Origin: Bacteroidia bacterium
GTDB lineage: Bacteria > Bacteroidota > Bacteroidia > B-17B0 > Aurantibacillaceae
Reading direction: 5' to 3'
Length of the DNA: 64,000 nucleotides
NCBI GenBank assembly: GCA_044352985.1
Contig: JBILCU010000012.1
Span: 45,428 to 109,427 of the forward strand
A program made the position numbers and the translations under genes. The notes under the pieces are model-generated. The model made no database searches and was not told where the DNA came from. It was given only the letters and a program-made list of their open reading frames with translations. Shown piece by piece: positions 30,783 through 38,314 of the stretch (within the stretch, counting starts at the first letter, position 1; every line of letters starts with the position of its first letter).

Positions 30783-32024
30783 ATGAAAAAAACAATTTTA
30801 GTTACCGTGCTATTTTTCATTATGATTATAGCTAAAGCCCAACCCGGAAAAGTGCAAGCAGCTTGGCGAAATTTGTCCGATTATGAAAGTAGTTTTGATA
30901 CAACATCCTTAGCAAAAGCAAATGAAGCAATTCAGTTGGCTTTAGCTAATGAAAAAACAAAAGACGATGCCAAAACATGGATGTATAAATCAAAAATTGA
31001 ATTGTATTTATTTAAAGAAGATTACAAAAAAAATGAATTAAAAAATAAATCTAATTCGGATGCTAAAGAATTAAGTTATCACAACAGTAACTCTAAATTT
31101 ATTGATGATGCTACACAATCAATTTTAAAAACAAAAGAGCTGGATAAAGATAAATCCTATGAAAATGAAATTAAAATTTTTTACTCTCAATTGATACAAG
31201 AACTAAATAATGTAGCCTATTCAAAATACAAAGCACGAAAATTTGAAGACGCCTCTATGTTATTTTCTGATCAATATATCATTACCAAACAATTAGGGAT
31301 TGTTGATACCAATGTCTTATACAACGCTGTATTATGCGCAACAAAAACCGGTAAACATCAGTTAACTAAACAATATGCCGAAATGATGATTAATGAAAAA
31401 GTGGCTAACTCATTTGCGTATACCAGTTTGTTTGATGCAAAGCTAGCTCTTAAAGATAGCACCGGAGCTTTAGAAGCTATAAAAGCCGGTCGAGTTGCTT
31501 TTCCAAACGATACGTATTTAATGAATAAAGAAACCGAATTTTTTATACAACAAGGCAATGGTACGAAAGCATTGGAGAATTTAAATAAAGCCATTACTGC
31601 AACACCAAATAGCTCTACCTTGTATTTAGTGCGCGGAAATGTGTATGATAACATGGCTAATCCTGTGAAAGGGGATAAACCTTTAAATTTTGAAGAACTC
31701 ATGTTAAAAGCAGAACAAGATTATAAAAAAGCTACTGAATTTGATCCTGCTAGTTTTGATGCTTGGTACAATTGTGGAGCAGTGTACAATAATTTAGGTA
31801 GTTTTTATCAATACAAAGCTGATGCTATTCCGAAAATGAATGCCGAACAAAAAGCATTAAGTGAAAAAGCACAAGACTTATTTAAAAAAGCCGTGTTTAA
31901 TTTAGAGAAAGCAATGAACATTAATGCTGACGATGTTTCAACATTAACTGCTTTGCGTAAGCTTTATTTAATTATAGGTGATAAAGCTAAATCTGAGCAA
32001 ATCTCAGAAAAATTAAAAAAATAA
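30783..32024 (+). CDS. TPR-repeat protein, secreted (paralogue-like of 29290-30627)
   Basis: Signal peptide. Shares the AK(T/L)WMY(K/R) motif and TPR-like repeats with the upstream gene. Confidence 0.6.
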   Translation: MKKTILVTVLFFIMIIAKAQPGKVQAAWRNLSDYESSFDTTSLAKANEAIQLALANEKTKDDAKTWMYKSKIELYLFKEDYKKNELKNKSNSDAKELSYHNSNSKFIDDATQSILKTKELDKDKSYENEIKIFYSQLIQELNNVAYSKYKARKFEDASMLFSDQYIITKQLGIVDTNVLYNAVLCATKTGKHQLTKQYAEMMINEKVANSFAYTSLFDAKLALKDSTGALEAIKAGRVAFPNDTYLMNKETEFFIQQGNGTKALENLNKAITATPNSSTLYLVRGNVYDNMANPVKGDKPLNFEELMLKAEQDYKKATEFDPASFDAWYNCGAVYNNLGSFYQYKADAIPKMNAEQKALSEKAQDLFKKAVFNLEKAMNINADDVSTLTALRKLYLIIGDKAKSEQISEKLKK

Positions 32025-32043
32025 TAACGCAACAACTTAATTT

Positions 32044-34218
32044 ATGATAAAACAGTTTTTATTAATTGGTATCATTGCCTTTTCGTCTCAACTTTTCTCC
32101 CAAAAATCTAAAATCACTTTAGAAAATATCTGGAAAGAATACAAATTTATACCTGAACGTTTCGGTGGGTTTAACTCTATGAAAGATGGTATATCTTATA
32201 CTCAGTTGGAAGAAAACGGTGATATCAATAAATACGAATTAAAAACAGGTAAGCTTATTGCGAATATTGTTAAAGCAAACGAGTTGATAGTTTCTGGAGC
32301 AACTGATACAATTAAAGCCACATCTTACTACTTTAATGATGATGAAACCAAAATTATTTTTCCTCAAAATTACAAAGCCATTTACAGAAGATCTGGTACT
32401 GCAGAAAATTATGTGTTTGATATTAAAACCCGAAAATTAGTAAAGCTTTCCGATAAAGGTCCTCAGCTTTTTGCTCGTATGTCTTCAAAAGGAAGTAAGG
32501 TTGCTTTTGTTAGAGATAATAATCTTTTTATTAAAGATTTGGATGCGAAAACCGAAACACAAATTACACAAGACGGCGAATACAACAAGATTAAAAATGG
32601 CTGGTGCGATTGGGTGTATGAAGAAGAGTTTAGCAAAGCAGAAGCTTTTGAATGGAATGCAGATGGCAATAAAATTGCATGGATAAAATTTGATGAAAGT
32701 AAAGTGAAAGAATTTGAAATGCCGATGTATGATGGACTTTATCCTAGTCAGTACAAATTTAAATACCCAAAAGCTGGTGAGTCCAATTCCATTGTAAGTG
32801 TTTATATGTATGATTTGGCAACACAAAAAATCACCAATGTTGACATTGGAACAGAAACAGACATTTACATTCCTAGAATTAATTGGACAAAAGATCCAAA
32901 TGTACTTTCAATTCAACGAATGAATCGTTTGCAAAATAAATTAGAGTTGCTTTTTGCAGATGCACAAAGTGGTAAAACAAAAGTAATTTTAGCTGAGGAG
33001 TGTGATACTTATATTGATATCAATGATAATCTTCGTTTTTTATCCAATAATAAAGGCTTCATTTGGAGCAGTGAGCAAGATGGATTTAATCATTTGTATC
33101 ATTACGATATCAACGGAAAATTAATTAATCAAATTACAAAAGGAAACTGGGATGTAATTGATTTTAAAGGAATAGATGAAAAAACTAAAACCTTATTTTA
33201 TATTTCCACAGAATTATCTCCAAACGAAAGAGATCTTTACAGTGTTTTATTAGACGGAAAAAATAAAGTGAAACTTTCCGACAAAAGAGGAACTACCGAC
33301 GCAGATTTCAGCAGTAACTTTCAATACTATGTAAGTACCTGGAGTGATGCAAATACACCATACAAAGTAGAATTACGAGATAATAAAGGGAAATTAATTA
33401 AATCCTTGGTTGATAATAAAGATTACATAAACAAAATTGCGCAATACGAATTAACAAGTAAAACATTTTTTAAGTTTAAAACGCCTGAACAAGTAGAATT
33501 AAATGGCTGGATGATGAAGCCAGTTAATTTTGACTCAACAAAAAAATATCCTGTCTATCAATTTGCTTATGGTGGTCCGGGAAGCAATGAGTGCAACAAC
33601 CAGTGGGAAATTTATGATTACTTCTGGCATCAGTTGTTGTGTCAGCAAGGTTATATAGTTGTGTGTGTTGATGGAAGAGGAACTTTAGGCAGAGGAAAAG
33701 CATTTAAACATAGTACTTACAAGCAATTAGGTAAATTAGAAACGATTGACCAAATTGAAACAGCAAAATATTTAGGCACGCTGAAGTTTATTGATAAAAC
33801 ACGAATTGGCTTTCAGGGATGGAGTTTCGGAGGTTACCTTGCCTCATTACTCATTACAAAAGGAGCTGATTATTTTAAATCAACAATTGCGGTTGCGCCA
33901 GTTACAAATTGGAGGTATTACGACAACATTTATACCGAACGTTTTTTAAGAACACCACAGGAAAACCCAACGGGTTACGATGAAAATTCCCCAGTTTTTT
34001 TTACCAAAAAAATTAAAGGCAATTACCTATTAATTCATGGCAGTGCTGATGATAATGTACATTTGCAAAACAGCATGGAAATGACCAAAGAATTAGTTAA
34101 AAACAATATTCCGTTTGATCAATTTATTTACCCTAATAAAAATCATGGAATTTACGGGGGTAATACACGTCTACATTTGTATACAAAAATGCTGAAATTT
34201 GTGAAAGATAATTTTTAG
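32044..34218 (+). CDS. dipeptidyl-peptidase IV (S9B prolyl oligopeptidase family)
   Basis: N-terminal beta-propeller region. Catalytic Ser in GWSFGGY, Asp in GSADDNVH and His in NHGI. Confidence 0.88.
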   Translation: MIKQFLLIGIIAFSSQLFSQKSKITLENIWKEYKFIPERFGGFNSMKDGISYTQLEENGDINKYELKTGKLIANIVKANELIVSGATDTIKATSYYFNDDETKIIFPQNYKAIYRRSGTAENYVFDIKTRKLVKLSDKGPQLFARMSSKGSKVAFVRDNNLFIKDLDAKTETQITQDGEYNKIKNGWCDWVYEEEFSKAEAFEWNADGNKIAWIKFDESKVKEFEMPMYDGLYPSQYKFKYPKAGESNSIVSVYMYDLATQKITNVDIGTETDIYIPRINWTKDPNVLSIQRMNRLQNKLELLFADAQSGKTKVILAEECDTYIDINDNLRFLSNNKGFIWSSEQDGFNHLYHYDINGKLINQITKGNWDVIDFKGIDEKTKTLFYISTELSPNERDLYSVLLDGKNKVKLSDKRGTTDADFSSNFQYYVSTWSDANTPYKVELRDNKGKLIKSLVDNKDYINKIAQYELTSKTFFKFKTPEQVELNGWMMKPVNFDSTKKYPVYQFAYGGPGSNECNNQWEIYDYFWHQLLCQQGYIVVCVDGRGTLGRGKAFKHSTYKQLGKLETIDQIETAKYLGTLKFIDKTRIGFQGWSFGGYLASLLITKGADYFKSTIAVAPVTNWRYYDNIYTERFLRTPQENPTGYDENSPVFFTKKIKGNYLLIHGSADDNVHLQNSMEMTKELVKNNIPFDQFIYPNKNHGIYGGNTRLHLYTKMLKFVKDNF
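34076..34214 (+). repeat. left copy of a 139-bp direct repeat (the in-gene 3' end of the DPP-IV gene)
   Basis: 138/139 identical to 34989-35127, at an offset of 913 bp. The single mismatch, 34185 A versus 35098 C, is synonymous. Confidence 0.9.
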
Positions 34219-34271
34219 TTTTTGGTAATGGTGCCAAAAATAATTGGTAATTTTTAGAAAAAAATCAAATA

Positions 34272-34628
34272 CTAATATGCTTGAATCAATACCTCTGTAG
34301 GTATTTTCAAACTGTTGTGTAAAAGTCTAACCATTTCCAATGTTAATTTTCTTTTCTTACTCAAAATTTCGCTTGCGCGGCTTTTAAGTCCTATAACTTT
34401 GGCGAGGTCGCTTTGATTGTAGCCTAATTGCTCCATTCTAAATTTAATGGCTTCTATAGGATCGGGAAAATCAATAGGAAAGTGCTCGTCTTCATATTTT
34501 TCAATGAGAATACTCAATATTTCGAGTTCGTCACCTTCTTTTGTGTTTTTCTTCGCATCAAATAGTAACTCAAGCCTGTCGAGCGCATGCTGGTAGTCTT
34601 TTTTTGTCTTTATTGGTTTTAAAGTCAT
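34272..34628 (-). CDS. higA: HigA-type antitoxin (XRE-family HTH)
   Basis: Start set at Met28 of the tracked ORF (MTLKPIKTKKDY...), 4 nt after the higB stop. C-terminal HTH segment YNQSDLAKVIGLKSRASEILSKKRKLT. Confidence 0.8.
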   Translation of the reverse strand: MTLKPIKTKKDYQHALDRLELLFDAKKNTKEGDELEILSILIEKYEDEHFPIDFPDPIEAIKFRMEQLGYNQSDLAKVIGLKSRASEILSKKRKLTLEMVRLLHNSLKIPTEVLIQAY

Positions 34629-34632
34629 AGTC

Positions 34633-34926
34633 TTAAATTTTTGTTGCGTCAATTTTATCATATTCCGCGTGAGTTCCAATAAACCTAACCCATACGATGC
34701 GGTATTCATAATTAATTTTTACAATAAGTCGGTATGTGTTGCCTTTTATATTAAACACAACCCTATTATCGGCTAAAAAACTTGCACTTGGGTATTCTTT
34801 TTTTATCCGCTTTGGATTTTTCCAATCTGCAGTATTTACCTCTTGATACCAGGCTTTAAGTTGCTGTTCACTATCAGTATGTTTTACCCAGAATTCCCGT
34901 AATGTCTTTTTTGAAATGATCCTCAC
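34633..34926 (-). CDS. higB: HigB-type toxin (mRNA interferase family)
   Basis: 97 aa, MRIISKKTLREFW...VFNIKGNTYRLIVKINY...VWVRFIGTHAEYDKI, typical of the HigB toxin family. GTG start. Toxin-first gene order as in higBA. Confidence 0.8.
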   Translation of the reverse strand: MRIISKKTLREFWVKHTDSEQQLKAWYQEVNTADWKNPKRIKKEYPSASFLADNRVVFNIKGNTYRLIVKINYEYRIVWVRFIGTHAEYDKIDATKI

Positions 34927-34942
34927 ATCAAAATAATTTTTT

Positions 34943-34950
34943 CAAATATA
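34943..34950 (-). promoter_or_regulatory. TAnnTTTG -7 box (TATATTTG on the minus strand) upstream of higB
   Basis: Exact motif 17 nt upstream of the higB GTG. Confidence 0.4.
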
Positions 34951-34988
34951 ATCAAAAGTTCCCGAAATGGGATTTTTTTTGATAAAAT

Positions 34989-35131
34989 TGGAAATGACCA
35001 AAGAATTAGTTAAAAACAATATTCCGTTTGATCAATTTATTTACCCTAATAAAAATCATGGAATTTACGGGGGTAATACACGTCTACATTTGTATACCAA
35101 AATGCTGAAATTTGTGAAAGATAATTTATAA
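34989..35131 (+). pseudogene. detached duplicate of the last ~46 codons of the DPP-IV gene (right copy of the 139-bp direct repeat)
   Basis: Same reading frame and stop position as the intact gene (TAA at 35129-35131). The last codon is Leu instead of Phe. No upstream coding context. Confidence 0.85.
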
Positions 35132-35135
35132 AAAC

Positions 35136-35501
35136 TTAAATCGCATTTTTTGTTTTTTCAGTAAACCATTTTTTAATGTCAGTTTTTAGTTCGGACATCT
35201 GATGTTTCATGCTTTTAAATTCTTCTTCTATTTTATCTTTGGCTTCTGCTTTACCTAATGCAAATTGCACTTCCATTTCGTCCATTTTCTGTTTTAAAGG
35301 AGTTAATTTACTATTGATGTTTTTTTGCATAGGAGTTTCACCTCTTTTAAATTGATTTACTTTTTTAGTAAAATCTTTTTTAAATGTTTGATAATTATCT
35401 TTTAGTTCCTCTTTTCCTAATTCTGCCTGCACTTGAAGTTCTTCAAGCTGAGTGACACTTTTTTTTAAGAAAGTGATCATTTCATCACCAATATGTTTCA
35501 T
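35136..35501 (-). CDS. hypothetical helical/coiled-coil protein
   Basis: 121-aa K/E-rich ORF with an ATG start. No motif recognised. Confidence 0.45.
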   Translation of the reverse strand: MKHIGDEMITFLKKSVTQLEELQVQAELGKEELKDNYQTFKKDFTKKVNQFKRGETPMQKNINSKLTPLKQKMDEMEVQFALGKAEAKDKIEEEFKSMKHQMSELKTDIKKWFTEKTKNAI

Positions 35502-35603
35502 TTTTTTTGCACAAATTTATATTGATGTTTCTTGTTTGTAAATGAGTTTCACTTGATTTAAGAATTAATTGAAATGATTTTTTTCTTTTCTAGTACTTAT
35601 TAA

Positions 35604-35611
35604 TATATTTG
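35604..35611 (+). promoter_or_regulatory. TAnnTTTG -7 box (TATATTTG) upstream of the bTHX gene
   Basis: Exact motif 19 nt upstream of the ATG at 35630. Confidence 0.45.
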
Positions 35612-35629
35612 TGTATTAAACTAATTTTT

Positions 35630-35743
35630 ATGGGAAAAGGTGATCAACGTTCTAAAAAAGGAAAAATTGCAGTAGGCTCTTATGGTAAATCCAGACCTAA
35701 AAAAAAATCTGGTAAACCTGCAGTAGCAAAAGCAAAAAAATAA
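35630..35743 (+). CDS. 30S ribosomal protein bTHX (37 aa)
   Basis: Manual translation gives MGKGDQRSKKGKIAVGSYGKSRPKKKSGKPAVAKAKK. The MGKGD..(K/R)GK...G(S/T)YGK.RP(R/K)K pattern matches Thermus/Bacteroidota THX. It is below the ORF-track size cut-off and is flanked by a promoter box and a strong terminator. Confidence 0.8.
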   Translation: MGKGDQRSKKGKIAVGSYGKSRPKKKSGKPAVAKAKK

Positions 35744-35773
35744 TTGATGCCTTAAGGCGAATAATTATTAAAC

Positions 35774-35801
35774 AAAAAGCCGAAATTAATTTCGGCTTTT
35801 T
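35774..35801 (+). terminator. rho-independent terminator after the bTHX gene
   Basis: AAAAAGCCGAAAT-TA-ATTTCGGCTTTTT perfect palindrome with a trailing T-run. Confidence 0.75.
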
Positions 35802-35889
35802 GCATTTAAACAGGTATTTAGAATTTGCTTAGATTCTCTATTAAAATCCACTTAAAAACTCTCTTTTCTAAATTTTGAACTTTCTTTTG

Positions 35890-36117
35890 CTTGATTAGGG
35901 CAAATGTGCAATGCACATTTGAGCCAGGCTGAGCGAAGCAAGAATGAAAAAGAAATCAAGACGCTGCGATACCTTCGTTCCTCACACAATTTTTACGCTC
36001 GCACCTCCCACAAATTCGCTCAATTACCCACTGGATAATTGCCGTACTTCGTGCTGCGCTAAAATTGGCTCACCGCTACTCAGCATCGAGCAGCGTCAAG
36101 GCTTACACGCTATTAAA
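35890..36117 (+). other. GC-rich (~50% by eye) noncoding island directly 5' of structured element copy B
   Basis: Composition contrasts sharply with the flanks. Contains hairpin CAAATGTG-CAATG-CACATTTG (35901-35921). Potential long-range pairs are GACGCTGC (35960-35967) with GCAGCGTC (36091-36098), and GAGCGAA with TTCGCTC. The 71-aa ORF here is not protein-like. Confidence 0.3.
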
Positions 36118-36273
36118 ATTGAAATTGACGTAGCAAAAGCAATTAAAAGCGTTAATTAACGCCGAAGCCTTGGAGGCGTTTTAGCTTTTGATTGCTGGTC
36201 TCGAGCATTGCTCGAGATTGCCTTGGCAATTTCTAGACTTTTTGCACACTTTTTTGGCAATGAAAAAAGTGTG
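36118..36273 (+). ncRNA. candidate structured RNA / structured repeat, copy B
   Basis: Same conserved blocks and hairpin architecture as 6787-6945. It ends in an 11-bp hairpin, CACACTTTTTT-GGCAATG-AAAAAAGTGTG (36245-36273). Confidence 0.45.
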
Positions 36274-36488
36274 AAGAAATTTAAAATTGACTTTTTTAGG
36301 CTCTATATAGTTTCCCCTCAAAAGCTTGAAAGCAAAAAATTCAATTAAACCTATTGATTTATGAGGTCATTAAAACACCAAGAATTTTTCCAATTATTCA
36401 AGTTTATCGCAGATTTTTCTTTTTTGATGGTTAAAAAAAAGAAAAATAAAGTGGGTTATATAACAAAGGTTGTTATAAAAATTTGAAA

Positions 36489-38252
36489 TTATCTTTCAAG
36501 AAGCTTCAGTGCTTCTTTAATTTCAATTCGTGTATTGTTTTTAAAAGCAACAACAAAAGCATCTTTAAAACCTGCAGTTTTAAGTTTTGCCTGATGAACT
36601 ATTGCTTCATCAAGTTTTATGAAATTACCTGAAGTATATTTAAAAATAGTACCCATTTTATAATACCAAACTTGTTCTACATTTTTAAAATAATCAGCTT
36701 TAATAGCTAATTCTTTTTCAAATGAAGCAAATTGAACTTTAAAACAAACTTCCTGATTATTGTTTTTTGGTGATTGAACAATGGAATCTTTTTTATTCTT
36801 ATTGTAATTTTTAATTAGATCGTTTGCAGTTACTTTTTTAGTAGTATCAGTAACACTGCTTTTTTCAAGATCATTTATTTCTGATAATTTTAATTTTGGG
36901 TACTTTTCACCAGGTTTGGTAATTAATGCTTCTTGATATTTTTTCCTTGCTGCATCATATTCGTTCTTGTTCAAAAATAAATCAGCCTCCTTAATTTGTT
37001 GACTGTATAAGGTGTTTTGTTGATCTAAAGCTTTTTGTTTTTCTTTTTCTGCTTTAATTATATCTTTTTCTAATTGGTCAATTTCAGAAAGTTTATTTTT
37101 ACAATACATGTCATTAGATTTTATAATTAGCGCAGCATTATAATCTAATTTTGCTTCACTTAACTTCCGTTCTTTTAATTTAGTGTCAGCAGATTTTATA
37201 AGTGTATTATACTTTTCATCGTTCAAATTTGTGGTACTACTATCTGACTTTTCTTCTTCCTGATTTTCTTTATTTTTTAATTCAGGATGTTCTCTTTCAA
37301 AAACTAAATTCTCATTTTCTAACGGTTCTAATTTGTCTATTTCATCGGTATAATTATCAGATTTGTTTTCAATTTCATTTTTATAATTACGTAAAGCTCT
37401 GAAAATAGAGCTTGCAAGGTAAGTTTGACCTTTATCTGAACCTAAAAATTTTTCTTCAATTGGGTTCGTTAAAAATCCTACTTCCGTTAAAATACTTGGC
37501 ATTGCTGTTCGCCATAATACCCAGATACTTTGTCGCTGAACTCCTTTATCAATTCGGCCGGCTTTATCTTTGTATTCTTTTTGAATGAAGGAGGCAAATT
37601 TTGCACTTTGTTCTACATAAGCACTTGTTGTTAAACTCATGATGATGTATGCTTCATCGCTATTAGGGTCAAATCCATTATAGGTTTTTTCGTAGTTGTC
37701 CTCGAGTAACATGGAAGCATTTTCTCGTTTAGCTACTTCCATTTTACCTTTTTCATTTTTTAAACCCATTACATAGGTTTCCGATCCGTAAGGAATGGGG
37801 TTTACGGTTTCTTTTTTATGAATTTTTCCTTTTTTGTCCTTCCATGTTTTGTAGTGTGTTTTCCCATTTTTATCTTTATAAGTAACGTATTTTGCAGCGG
37901 CATTACAGTGAATGGAAATGAATAAATCGGCATTATTTCTGTTTGCAATTTGAGCACGTTCTTCTAACTCAACAAATACATCAGAAGTGCGTGTATAAAT
38001 AACTTTAACATCTTTTAGTTTTTCTTCAATCAATTTGCCTAATTTTAGCGCAATGGCTAAGGTTACTTCTTTTTCATTATGCACTGCACCGTTACAACCA
38101 GGGTCTTTGCCGCCGTGGCCGGCATCAATAACAACTATTTTAATTCCCTTTCCAATTTTTGGAACATGAAAAGAACTAAAAAGTAAACTTAAACACACTA
38201 TTAACACTACATTAACCGTATTAAGCAAATATTTGTGTGCGTTAGTTTTCAT
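36489..38252 (-). CDS. N-acetylmuramoyl-L-alanine amidase (Amidase_3/AmiC-like) with coiled-coil/TPR-like linker and C-terminal SPOR-like domain
   Basis: VVIDAGHGGKDPG and SIHCNA zinc-amidase motifs. C-terminal FKVQFASFEKE...AFVVAF resembles SPOR. Start moved to the ATG at 38252, because the tracked start is a TTG 3 codons upstream. Confidence 0.85.
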   Translation of the reverse strand: MKTNAHKYLLNTVNVVLIVCLSLLFSSFHVPKIGKGIKIVVIDAGHGGKDPGCNGAVHNEKEVTLAIALKLGKLIEEKLKDVKVIYTRTSDVFVELEERAQIANRNNADLFISIHCNAAAKYVTYKDKNGKTHYKTWKDKKGKIHKKETVNPIPYGSETYVMGLKNEKGKMEVAKRENASMLLEDNYEKTYNGFDPNSDEAYIIMSLTTSAYVEQSAKFASFIQKEYKDKAGRIDKGVQRQSIWVLWRTAMPSILTEVGFLTNPIEEKFLGSDKGQTYLASSIFRALRNYKNEIENKSDNYTDEIDKLEPLENENLVFEREHPELKNKENQEEEKSDSSTTNLNDEKYNTLIKSADTKLKERKLSEAKLDYNAALIIKSNDMYCKNKLSEIDQLEKDIIKAEKEKQKALDQQNTLYSQQIKEADLFLNKNEYDAARKKYQEALITKPGEKYPKLKLSEINDLEKSSVTDTTKKVTANDLIKNYNKNKKDSIVQSPKNNNQEVCFKVQFASFEKELAIKADYFKNVEQVWYYKMGTIFKYTSGNFIKLDEAIVHQAKLKTAGFKDAFVVAFKNNTRIEIKEALKLLER

Positions 38253-38272
38253 GAAAATCAATGATTTTTAAG

Positions 38273-38280
38273 TAGTTTTG
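38273..38280 (+). promoter_or_regulatory. TAnnTTTG -7 box (TAGTTTTG) upstream of the LptD-like gene
   Basis: Exact motif 35 nt upstream of the TTG start at 38315. Confidence 0.35.
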
Positions 38281-38295
38281 CCACTTTTAATAAAA

Positions 38296-38303
38296 CAAAA
38301 ATA
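38296..38303 (-). promoter_or_regulatory. TAnnTTTG -7 box (TATTTTTG on the minus strand) upstream of the amidase gene
   Basis: Exact motif 44 nt upstream of the ATG at 38252. It forms a divergent promoter pair with 38273-38280. Confidence 0.35.
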
Positions 38304-38314
38304 AACCTAAGGCA

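Noticed and set aside
35915-36050. Resemblance to a TPP riboswitch (GGCTGAG ... ACCCACTGGATAATTGCCGTAC versus consensus GCUGAGA ... ACCUGAUCUGGAUAAUGCCAGCG)
   Set aside because: The P4 helix does not pair (ACUGG versus GCCGU). The spacing between the two halves is ~115 nt. No thiamine-related gene lies downstream.
35944-36159. 71-aa + strand ORF in the GC-rich island
   Set aside because: Its composition (Cys/Arg/Pro/Thr-rich) is not protein-like. I saw no promoter box. Its 3' end reads through the perfectly conserved RNA-like block shared with copy A, where no equivalent ORF exists.
36215-36240. Sigma-54-like TGGCA in the conserved TTGGCAATTTCT block
   Set aside because: The -12 element (TTGC at the correct 5-nt spacing) is absent in both copies. 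TGGCA is explained by the AUUGC-CUUG-GCAAU hairpin.
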